From: Thermoleophilia bacterium
GTDB lineage: Bacteria > Actinomycetota > Thermoleophilia > Miltoncostaeales > Miltoncostaeaceae
Length of the DNA: 64,000 nucleotides
Reading direction: 5' to 3'
Assembly: GCA_028285405.1 (NCBI GenBank)
Contig: JANQPH010000049.1
Coordinates: 48,671-112,670 of the forward strand
The position numbers were made by a program, and so were the translations under genes. The notes beneath the pieces are model-generated. The model was not told the DNA's origin. It saw only the letters and a program-made list of their open reading frames with translations, and ran no database searches. Positions 24,179-31,842 of the stretch are shown piece after piece; the stretch's first letter is position 1; each line of letters starts with the position of its first letter.

Positions 24179-25642
24179 TCAATCGGTCCGTCGAGTGTCC
24201 CCGAGCCGGATGCCGAGCTCGGGCCAGCGCCGGTCGACCTGGGCCCTGATCTCGTCGCTCATGCGGATCTCGTCGGGCCATGGGCGCACCACGCCCTCGC
24301 CGTCCCACTTGCGGGTGGCGTCGAAGCCGACCTTCGATCCGTATGCGAAGTACGGGGCGGCGTGGTCGAGGGCGTCGACCGGACCTTCGACGACGAGCAT
24401 GTCGCGACCGACATCGACGTTCGAGAAGGCGTGGAACGCGACCGCCGACAGATCCTGGACGTCGACGTCGTGGTCGACCACCACGACGCATCGGCTGAGC
24501 GAGAGCAGGCCCATCCCCCAGATCGCCGACATCAGCTTCTTGGCGTGGCCGGGGTAGCGCTTCTCGACCGACACGATCGCGCAGTTGTGGAACACCCCCT
24601 CCAGCGGGAGGTTCATGTCGACGAGGTCGGGCAGGGTGGTCTTGATCAGCGGGAGGAAGATCCGCTCGGTCGCCTTGCCCAGCTGGAAGTCCTCCATCGG
24701 GGGCAGTCCGACGATCGTCGTCGCGTAGGTCGGCTGCTTGCGCATCGACATGCCCGTCAGGTGGAATGTCGGGTAGTCGTCGACCGGCGTGTAGAAGCCG
24801 GTGTGGTCGCCGAAGGGTCCCTCGGGCCGAAGGTCGTTCGCGTCCACGTAGCCCTCGAGCACGATCTCGGCGGTCGCGGGCACCTCGACGTCGACGGTCC
24901 GGCACCTCACCATCTCGACCTGCTTGCCGCGGAGGAACCCGGCGAACGCCATCTCGTCGATTCCCGGCGGCAGCGGCGCGCTGGCCGAGTACGTCACGGC
25001 GGGGTCGCTGCCGATCGCGACCGCGACCGGCACGCGGCCACTCGAGTCACGCAGGTGCGCGGCGCCGTCCTTGTGGATCTGCCAATGCATGAGCGCCGTG
25101 CGGCCGTCGAGCTTCTGGATGCGGTACATGCCGCAGTTGCGGGCACCGGTTCGCGGGTCGGTGCTGAAGACGAGCGGCAGCGTGATGAACGGGCCGCCGT
25201 CGTCGGGCCAGCAGGTCAGGATCGGGACGCGGTCGAGGTCGGCCGGCTCGACCCACACCTCCTGGCAGGGCCCGGTGCGCACGGTCTTGGCGCCGAACGA
25301 GGCCAGCTCGCGGAGCTTGCCGAGGGCCTTCACCTTGTCGACGATCCCCTGGGGCGGCTGCAGGTCGATGAGCTCGCCGATGCGCTCGCCGACCTCGTCG
25401 TAGCCGTCCACGCCGAGCGCCATGCACATCCGCCGGTGCGAGCCGAACTGGTTGATCAGGACGGGCATGTCCGAGCCGGTGACGTTCTCGAAGAGCAACG
25501 CCGGGCCCTGCGCCTTCACGACCCGGTCCGCGATCTCGGTGATCTCGAGCGCGGGGTCGACCTGCGCGCTGACGCGGACGAGCTCGCCGGCTTTCTCGAG
25601 GGCCGCGATCCACTCACCGAGGTCCTTGAACGCGCGGCTCAT
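24179..25642 (-). CDS. UbiD-family (prenylated-FMN-dependent) decarboxylase, menaquinone-biosynthesis type
   Basis: MSRAFKDLGEWIAALEKAGELVRV...GPALLFENV...NCGMYRIQ...WQIHKDGA...FGDHTGFY is a typical UbiD sequence. The gene sits in a menaquinone context with ubiX. Confidence 0.9.
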   Translation of the reverse strand: MSRAFKDLGEWIAALEKAGELVRVSAQVDPALEITEIADRVVKAQGPALLFENVTGSDMPVLINQFGSHRRMCMALGVDGYDEVGERIGELIDLQPPQGIVDKVKALGKLRELASFGAKTVRTGPCQEVWVEPADLDRVPILTCWPDDGGPFITLPLVFSTDPRTGARNCGMYRIQKLDGRTALMHWQIHKDGAAHLRDSSGRVPVAVAIGSDPAVTYSASAPLPPGIDEMAFAGFLRGKQVEMVRCRTVDVEVPATAEIVLEGYVDANDLRPEGPFGDHTGFYTPVDDYPTFHLTGMSMRKQPTYATTIVGLPPMEDFQLGKATERIFLPLIKTTLPDLVDMNLPLEGVFHNCAIVSVEKRYPGHAKKLMSAIWGMGLLSLSRCVVVVDHDVDVQDLSAVAFHAFSNVDVGRDMLVVEGPVDALDHAAPYFAYGSKVGFDATRKWDGEGVVRPWPDEIRMSDEIRAQVDRRWPELGIRLGDTRRTD

Positions 25643-26136
25643 GCTGCGAGCACCTCCGACAGCTGGTCGATCCGATCGAACCGTTGCCCGAGCGAGACGA
25701 GCGGCGCCGAGTCCCCGGCCCGCTGCGCCGCGATGGCGGCGGACAGGGACGGCGCGAGCCCGGGATCGGCGATCGCCTGCGTGGTCCCGGCCCAGATGTG
25801 CGGGAGCGGCTCCCGCTCTCCGCGGGCGACCAGCCCGGAGCCCTCCGAGATCAGCGCTGACAGCAGGTCGATCACGAACAGGTCGCCCGCCTCGGTCACG
25901 CGAGCGAGGCCCTGGGCGTAGCAGTAGTCGCCGGCGAGCACGCGCCGGCCCCCGTCTGGGATGTCGAGCAGCCTCGGCGAGCCGTGGTGCAGCAGGAACC
26001 CCTCCAGGATCAGGTCGAGGCCCTCGGCCTCCCGCTCTCGCAGCGGGGGAATGACCGCCGTCGCGAGCAGCGGGGGCGGCGCCGGTGAGACCAGGTGCGG
26101 GGCGAGCTGTGGCTCGCTGGCGATCGCCTCGCTCAC
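25639..26136 (-). CDS. Hypothetical protein (166 aa) coupled between hemL and the UbiD-family gene
   Basis: GTG 26136 overlaps the hemL stop (GTGA) and its own stop overlaps the UbiD ATG (ATGA). It contains LEGFLLHHG...VLAGDYCYAQGLARV, which is reminiscent of polyprenyl-synthase helices but lacks the DDxxD motifs. The 624-aa ORF in the track is an out-of-frame shadow over hemL. Confidence 0.5.
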   Translation of the reverse strand: MSEAIASEPQLAPHLVSPAPPPLLATAVIPPLREREAEGLDLILEGFLLHHGSPRLLDIPDGGRRVLAGDYCYAQGLARVTEAGDLFVIDLLSALISEGSGLVARGEREPLPHIWAGTTQAIADPGLAPSLSAAIAAQRAGDSAPLVSLGQRFDRIDQLSEVLAA

Positions 26137-27404
26137 GCCGCCGCCTCGGCCAGGGCCCGCCGGGTCAGCTCGAGATCCGCCTCCTCGTGAGCCAGCGAGA
26201 CCATCCACGCCTCGAACTGGCTCGGCGGCGGGTACACGCCGCGCTCGAGCAGCGCGCGCGCAAACGCGCCGAAGGCATCCGTGTCGGCTCGCGTCGCCGA
26301 GGCGTAGTCGGTGATCGGGCCCGGCGCGAAGAACGGCGTCAGCATCGAGCCGACCCGGTTGACGACGACCGGTGCTCCGGAGTCCTCGATCGCGGCCTCG
26401 AGCGCCGCACCCGTCGCCTCGAGTCGTTCGTAGGTCCCGGGGCGAGCGAGCTCGGCCAGCGCGGCGAGCCCGGCCGCCGTCGCCAGCGGGTTCCCCGACA
26501 GGGTTCCGGCCTGGTAGGTCGGCCCCTCCGGCGCGAGCACGGACATGACGGCTCTGGGTCCTCCGAACGCCCCGACCGGAAGGCCGGCGCCGATCACCTT
26601 GCCGAGGCAGGTCAGGTCGGGGGTGACCCCGTAGCGCTCCTGCGCGCCGCCGGGTGCGACCCGAAACCCGGTCATGACCTCGTCGAAGATCAGGAGCGCT
26701 CCCGTGCGGTCGCACGCGGCGCGCAGTCCCTGCAGATAGCCGTCGGCGGGCGGGATGACGCCCATGTTCCCGGCCACGGGCTCCACGATCATCGCGGCGG
26801 CCCCGTCGAGCGCGGCCTCGGCCGACAGCACGTCGTTGAAGGGAACCAGCCTCGTCGCCGCGGTCGCGCCCGCCGGGACGCCCGGGCTGGTCGGCACGCC
26901 CAGGGTGGTCGCGCCGCTTCCGGCCTGCGCCAGCAGTCCGTCGAGCGCGCCGTGGTAGCCGCCCTCGACCTTCACGATCGGATCCCGACCGGTTGCCGCC
27001 CGCGCGACCCGGATCGCGCCCATGACCGCCTCGCTGCCCGAGCTGGTCATCCGCAGCTGCTCGATGCTCGGGACGGCGGCGCCGACGACCTGGGCGAACC
27101 TGACCTCGCGCTCGGTCGGCGCGCCGAAGGACGTGCCGTCGGGCAGCGTCGCGGCGATCGCGTCGAGGACCGCCGGGTGCGAGTGGCCGAGGATCGCCGG
27201 ACCCCACGTCCCCAGGTAGTCCACGTAGTCGTTGCCGTCGACGTCCGTGAGGTGCGCGCCCGTGGCGGACGCGATGAAGATCGGGTCGCGCCCGATCGAT
27301 CGCATCGCGCGTACCGGCGAGTTCACCCCGCCGACGAGCACCTCCTGGGCTTCCGAGTAGATCCGGGCGCTCTGGTCGGTTCCCCGACCGGAGACGGTGG
27401 TCAC
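26133..27404 (-). CDS. hemL: Glutamate-1-semialdehyde 2,1-aminomutase
   Basis: GGVNSPVRAMRSIG...DVDGNDYVDYLGTWGPAILGHSHP...IFDEVMTGFR...LGKVIGAGLPVGAFGG is canonical HemL. I prefer GTG 27404 (GTGA overlap) over ATG 27425. Confidence 0.9.
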   Translation of the reverse strand: MTTVSGRGTDQSARIYSEAQEVLVGGVNSPVRAMRSIGRDPIFIASATGAHLTDVDGNDYVDYLGTWGPAILGHSHPAVLDAIAATLPDGTSFGAPTEREVRFAQVVGAAVPSIEQLRMTSSGSEAVMGAIRVARAATGRDPIVKVEGGYHGALDGLLAQAGSGATTLGVPTSPGVPAGATAATRLVPFNDVLSAEAALDGAAAMIVEPVAGNMGVIPPADGYLQGLRAACDRTGALLIFDEVMTGFRVAPGGAQERYGVTPDLTCLGKVIGAGLPVGAFGGPRAVMSVLAPEGPTYQAGTLSGNPLATAAGLAALAELARPGTYERLEATGAALEAAIEDSGAPVVVNRVGSMLTPFFAPGPITDYASATRADTDAFGAFARALLERGVYPPPSQFEAWMVSLAHEEADLELTRRALAEAAA

Positions 27405-28513
27405 TCGCTTCCCGACCTGTTCCACCGCGGCAGTGGGTTCCCCGCGAGCGCCGCCTGCTCCCAGCGCTCGTATTCGGGCGTGAAGTACTCGAGCCGGATC
27501 TTCTTGAACTCATAGGTCGAGTAGAGGATCGCGCGGTCGTCGGGCTCCGTCAGGCCCGTCTCGGTCGCGATCGCCTCGATCGTCGCCTCGCACTGCTCGC
27601 GGTCGCGCGCGTGCACCATCGTGAACACCGAGTACGGCCAGTCCGGGTAGGTCGGCCGCCGGTAGCAGTGCGACACATGACGGAACGCCGCCATGCGAGG
27701 GCCGAGCTCGTCGAGCTGATCCTCGGGGGCACGCCACACGGCCATCCCGTTCGCGCCGAAGCCCGCCCGCCGATGGTTGAGGATCGCGGCGAAGCGGCGC
27801 ATGAAGCCCTGCTCCTGGAAGCGCGCGAGCGCGTCGAGGAGCGTCACGACATCCGTGCCAGCCGCTTCGGCCATGGGGGCGAACGGCTGCGACACGAGCG
27901 GCAGGTCGCCCTGCAGCACCCGGATCAGGTGACGGTCCGCCTCGTCGGGCGGCGGCGGTGGCTCGCTGCGGCGGTCCTCGGGCTCGCGCCCGGGCGACTC
28001 CTTCTTGTCGCGCTCGTCACCACCGCGCATGTCGAGCTGGACGGCGATCTTGTAGAGGTCGAGGGTCGGCAGGAGGCGCATCGACTCCGCCTCGGTGGCC
28101 TCGGCCAAGATGTCCACGGTTCGCTCGAGGCCCAGCTGCGAGTCGGGCGCGACCGCGACCGTGAACCAGAGATTGAAGTCGTGCGTGCGCCGGTAGTTGT
28201 GGCTCACGCCCGGGTGACCGCTGACGAGGTCCGCGGCGTCGAACAGCCGCTCCTGCGGGTACTTGGCGGCGACCAGGCTCGACCGGTAGCCGAGCGTGCG
28301 GGTGTCGAAGATCGGCGAGATCTGTCGCACGATCCCGCCCTCGCGCAGCCGAGCTGTCCGGGCGATCACCTCGTCCTCGGGGATGTCGAGCTGCTTGGCG
28401 ACCTCCGCGAACGGGGTCTCCGACAGGGTCAGGCCCGCCTGCAGCGCGTCGAGGAGGGCGCGGTCGACATCGTCCGGACGGGGCCGCCGTGCGGCCTGTT
28501 GCTCCGTGCTCAT
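27401..28513 (-). CDS. Tandem Lrp/AsnC-like protein resembling a fused siroheme decarboxylase (AhbA/AhbB, NirDLGH family)
   Basis: It has two halves, each with an HTH-like N-terminus plus the motifs HPGVSHNYRRTHDFNLWFTVA and FRHVSHCYRRP...WPYSVFTMVHA. The halves are joined by a charged linker. ATG 28513 follows AGGAG; the alternative start is GTG 28519. Confidence 0.7.
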   Translation of the reverse strand: MSTEQQAARRPRPDDVDRALLDALQAGLTLSETPFAEVAKQLDIPEDEVIARTARLREGGIVRQISPIFDTRTLGYRSSLVAAKYPQERLFDAADLVSGHPGVSHNYRRTHDFNLWFTVAVAPDSQLGLERTVDILAEATEAESMRLLPTLDLYKIAVQLDMRGGDERDKKESPGREPEDRRSEPPPPPDEADRHLIRVLQGDLPLVSQPFAPMAEAAGTDVVTLLDALARFQEQGFMRRFAAILNHRRAGFGANGMAVWRAPEDQLDELGPRMAAFRHVSHCYRRPTYPDWPYSVFTMVHARDREQCEATIEAIATETGLTEPDDRAILYSTYEFKKIRLEYFTPEYERWEQAALAGNPLPRWNRSGSE

Positions 28514-28594
28514 CCGCACCTCCTGGAGTCTCCGTCGATCCGAGCGCGGGTATCGGCTCGTGAATGAGTGTAGTGCGCACCCGCGCGAACGCGG

Positions 28595-29332
28595 ATGCGA
28601 ACATTGGGCGCGATGGCCGATCGTCCCTCAGTCGCGGTGGTCTTCGGCGCTCGCAACGTGGGCCGGGCGATCGCGACCGAGCGCCGGGAGCGCGGATGGG
28701 AGGTGCTCGCCCTCGCGCGCACCGAGGAGACCCTCGCCGCCCTCGCGGCCGACGTGCCCGGGGTGCGGACACGTGTCGCGGACGCGACCGACCCGGCCGT
28801 GGTCGAGCGGGTCCTGCTCGAGGCCGGCGGGATCGGCGACCTCGAGCTCGTCGTAAACGCGGTCACGGCGCCACCACGAGGGGGCCCGTTCGGGGGAGGG
28901 CCGATCAGCGACGCCCCGCCCGAGGCGCTCGACGCGTGGCTCGCCGGCTTCGTTCCCGCCGCATGGGCGATTCAGCGTGCCGCCGGGCGGCTGATGGCGC
29001 CCCGCGGCGGCGGCACGATCGTCCAGGTCGCGGGGGGATCGGCCCGCCGGGCGATGCCCAACCGCGGGATGTGGGCCGCCGCGCAGTTCGCCGCCCGGGC
29101 GTTGACGCTCGCGATGGCCCAGGAGCTGCGACCCGCGGGGGTCCACGTCGCGCTGCTCGTGGCCGACGGGATGATCGAGACCGAGCGGCGTCCGCTCGGC
29201 GACTCGGATCCCGACGAGCTGCTGCACCCGGAGGACGTCGCCGACGCGGTGGCGTTCCTCGCCGGCCAGCGGGCACGGGCGTGGACGCACGAGCTGACGA
29301 TCACCCCGCGGCTCGACAACTGGGTGCCCTAG
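28595..29332 (+). CDS. Short-chain dehydrogenase/reductase (SDR) family oxidoreductase
   Basis: A Rossmann-type N-terminus (VAVVFGARNVGRAIA) is present, and the 245-aa length and layout fit an SDR, although the canonical YxxxK catalytic motif was not located. The start could be ATG 28595 or ATG 28613. Confidence 0.8.
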   Translation: MRTLGAMADRPSVAVVFGARNVGRAIATERRERGWEVLALARTEETLAALAADVPGVRTRVADATDPAVVERVLLEAGGIGDLELVVNAVTAPPRGGPFGGGPISDAPPEALDAWLAGFVPAAWAIQRAAGRLMAPRGGGTIVQVAGGSARRAMPNRGMWAAAQFAARALTLAMAQELRPAGVHVALLVADGMIETERRPLGDSDPDELLHPEDVADAVAFLAGQRARAWTHELTITPRLDNWVP

Positions 29333-29346
29333 CGGCGGCCCGCGCG

Positions 29347-29997
29347 ATGGACCTGCTCTCGCCCTCGGTGCTGTTGCGGGCGTATCGAGCCGGCCTCTTC
29401 CCGATGGCCGACGCCGAGCGGGGCGGTCACATCGGCCTCTACCGTGCCGACCCGCGAGCGATCATCCCGATCGAGCGCTTCCGGGTTCCCCGGTCGGTGG
29501 CGCGAGCGATGCGCACCAGGCCCTTCGAGGTCAGGCTCGACACCGCGTTCGCCGAGGTCGTTCGGGCATGCGCCGAGGGGCGCGAGGACGGCGTGTGGCT
29601 GACCGAGGAGCTCGCGGGCGCCTACGAGCGACTCCATCGGGCGGGCATCGCCCACAGCGTCGAGTGCTGGACGCACGACCGGCTCGTCGGCGGCCTGTTC
29701 GGCGTCGCCCTCGGCGGGCTCTTCACCTCGGAGTCGATGTTCCATCGCGCCGACGACGCCGGCAATCAGGCACTCGTCGCCGCGGGTCGCCACCTGGTCT
29801 CACGCGGGTTCGTGCTGTGGGACATCCAGATGGCCTCGCCGCACACCGAGCGGTTCGGGGCGAGGCTGATCAGCGCCGACGACTACGACCGACGGCTCGA
29901 GGCGGCGCTGGCGGTGGAGTGCAGCTTCGGTCCCGATGCCCTGGGACCGGAGACCCGGCGAGCCGAGGATCGGCCCGCCGGGCGCTCGGACGGCTAG
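29347..29997 (+). CDS. aat: Leucyl/phenylalanyl-tRNA--protein transferase
   Basis: LLRAYRAGLFPMAD...IGLYRADPRAIIPIERFRVPRS...HSVECW...LVGGLFGVALGGLFTSESMF is canonical Aat. Only the last 216 codons of the 477-aa ORF in the track are real. Confidence 0.85.
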   Translation: MDLLSPSVLLRAYRAGLFPMADAERGGHIGLYRADPRAIIPIERFRVPRSVARAMRTRPFEVRLDTAFAEVVRACAEGREDGVWLTEELAGAYERLHRAGIAHSVECWTHDRLVGGLFGVALGGLFTSESMFHRADDAGNQALVAAGRHLVSRGFVLWDIQMASPHTERFGARLISADDYDRRLEAALAVECSFGPDALGPETRRAEDRPAGRSDG

Positions 29998-30953
29998 CCC
30001 TTTCGGGCCTTCACCAGCTCGGTCAGCTGGGGAACGATCGTGTTCAGGTCACCGACGACCCCGAAGTCGCTGAACTCGAAGATCGGGGCGTTCGCGTCCT
30101 TGTTGATCGACACGATGGTCAGCGAGCTCTGCATGCCGACCTTGTGCTGGATCGCCCCGGACACGCCGGCGCCGATGTAGAGCTTCGGCGAGACGACCTT
30201 TCCGGTCTGTCCGATCTGCGTCGGGTACGGGTACCAGCCCGAGTCGACCACCGCTCGGGTCGAGGCGACCGCCCCGCCCAGCGCCGCCGCGAGCTCCTCG
30301 AGGATCGAGAAGTTCTCGGGCGAGCCGAGACCACGACCGCCGGTGACGAGGATGTCGGCCTCGTCGATCGACGGGCCGCTCGACTCCTCCTTGGTCTGGT
30401 CGACCATGGTGGCCTTCGTCGAGAAGTCCTCGACGTTGGCCGGGATCGACTCGACCGCCGCATCGCCGCCGCTCTCGTTCGGATCGAACGATCCGGCCCG
30501 GACCAGCCCGATCTTGATCGGCGACGACCAGCCACAGTCGACGACGATCGAGTCCCCGAGCGCGGAGCGCTTGCCGATCAGGCCGGCACCGCTGCCCTCG
30601 AGGTCGGTCAGGTCCCAGTTGAGGCCCGCGTCCAGGCGCGAGGCGAGGCCCGCGGCCGTGTCGGATGCGAGCACCGAGGCGCCGAACAGCACGGTGTCGA
30701 AGCCCTTGTCCTGAACGAGCTGGGCGATGACGTCGACACGGGGCTGCGGCAGTGGTGCCTCGAGCGCAGCGTCATCCGCGACGTAGACGTTCTTGGCGCC
30801 GAACTTGCCGGCCTGAGCCGCCGCGTCGGCCACACCGGATCCGATGACCACGCCGCTCGTGTCCGGATCGAGCTGTGCGGCCTTTCCGAGCACGCCCAGG
30901 GCACCCCGCTGGATCTGGGAGCCGTGGTGCTCGAGGAAGACGAGTGTGCTCAT
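29994..30953 (-). CDS. etfA: Electron transfer flavoprotein, alpha subunit
   Basis: MSTLVFLEHHG... is followed by the C-terminal FAD-binding segment ILVTGGRGLG...RAVVDSGWYP...QIGQTGKVVSPKLYIGAGVSGAIQH. The ATG overlaps the etfB stop (ATGA). Confidence 0.9.
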   Translation of the reverse strand: MSTLVFLEHHGSQIQRGALGVLGKAAQLDPDTSGVVIGSGVADAAAQAGKFGAKNVYVADDAALEAPLPQPRVDVIAQLVQDKGFDTVLFGASVLASDTAAGLASRLDAGLNWDLTDLEGSGAGLIGKRSALGDSIVVDCGWSSPIKIGLVRAGSFDPNESGGDAAVESIPANVEDFSTKATMVDQTKEESSGPSIDEADILVTGGRGLGSPENFSILEELAAALGGAVASTRAVVDSGWYPYPTQIGQTGKVVSPKLYIGAGVSGAIQHKVGMQSSLTIVSINKDANAPIFEFSDFGVVGDLNTIVPQLTELVKARKG

Positions 30954-31729
30954 ACGAGCTTCCTTTCCACAAGGAAGTCGAGGATCTTCTGGGCACCGTC
31001 GCCTTCGTCCTCGATCTTGATGGTCTCGCCGCGGGAGGCAGGCGGGCTGAGGGCGCTCACCGTGGTCCGCGAGCCAGCCTCGCCGGCGCTCGAGGCGTCG
31101 ACACCCACGTCCGCGAGGCTCTTGACGTCCTGCGGCTTCTTCTTGGCGCCCATGATCCCCTTGAGCGAGGGATAGCGCGGCTCGTTGATCGAGTCGGCCA
31201 CCGCGAGCACCGCCGGAAGCGGCGCGGCGATCGTGTCGTAGCCGAACTCGGTCTGGCGCTTGGCCGTCGCGGTTCCACCGGCGATGTCGAGCTCGGCGAT
31301 CTGCGAGATCACCGGCATCCGCAGCTTGTCCGCCACGGCCGCCCAGAGCACGGCGCCGTCACCGTCCGTGGCCTGCTGGCCGAACAGCACGAGGTCCGGC
31401 GACTCGGCCGACAGCGCGGCGGCGAGGACCTTCGCCGTCGCGACCATGTCCGATCCGGCCGCGGCGTCGTCGGCGACGAGCACGGCTCGGTCGGCGCCCA
31501 TCCCCAGACCCTTGCGGATCGAGTCGAGGGCCTTTGCGGATCCCATCGAGACGAGGACGACCTCGCCGTCCCCGTTTGCCTCCTTGAGGCGCAGTCCCTG
31601 CTCGATGGCGTTCAGGTCGTACTGGTTGAGAGACCGATCACCCGAGCGGTCCATCCTCTTGGTGTCCGGATCGATACGCCGGTTCGGGCTCGGGTCCGGA
31701 ACCTCTTTCACACAGACCGCGATCTTCAC
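30950..31729 (-). CDS. etfB: Electron transfer flavoprotein, beta subunit
   Basis: MKIAVCVKEVPD...LNQYDLNAIEQGLRLKE...DLVLFGQQATDGD is a canonical EtfB sequence. Confidence 0.9.
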   Translation of the reverse strand: MKIAVCVKEVPDPSPNRRIDPDTKRMDRSGDRSLNQYDLNAIEQGLRLKEANGDGEVVLVSMGSAKALDSIRKGLGMGADRAVLVADDAAAGSDMVATAKVLAAALSAESPDLVLFGQQATDGDGAVLWAAVADKLRMPVISQIAELDIAGGTATAKRQTEFGYDTIAAPLPAVLAVADSINEPRYPSLKGIMGAKKKPQDVKSLADVGVDASSAGEAGSRTTVSALSPPASRGETIKIEDEGDGAQKILDFLVERKLV

Positions 31730-31842
31730 TCGGCCCCCTGTTCACTTGCTGATGCGTTCGGCGGGATCGTACCGGTGGCGCGTGGTCTTTCAGGAGACAC
31801 CGACGCGCGAGGGAGAAACGTCCCGTCGGGCGCGAGGGCGAC

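Noticed and set aside
23972-25921. A 649-aa plus-strand ORF, together with the 337-aa ORF at 23544-24557.
   Set aside because: They are antisense to the UbiD-family and qcrA genes. Composition is low complexity and no motifs are present.
25639-27513. A 624-aa minus-strand ORF covering hemL in another frame.
   Set aside because: Only the last 166 codons (25639-26136) fall outside hemL and have a plausible coupled GTG start. The upstream 458 codons are R/G/A/P-rich and overlap the well-supported hemL frame.
28564-29346. The N-terminal 260 codons of the 477-aa ORF that ends as Aat.
   Set aside because: This part overlaps the SDR gene in a different frame and is R/G/A/P-rich. Aat homology begins at ATG 29347, just after the SDR stop.
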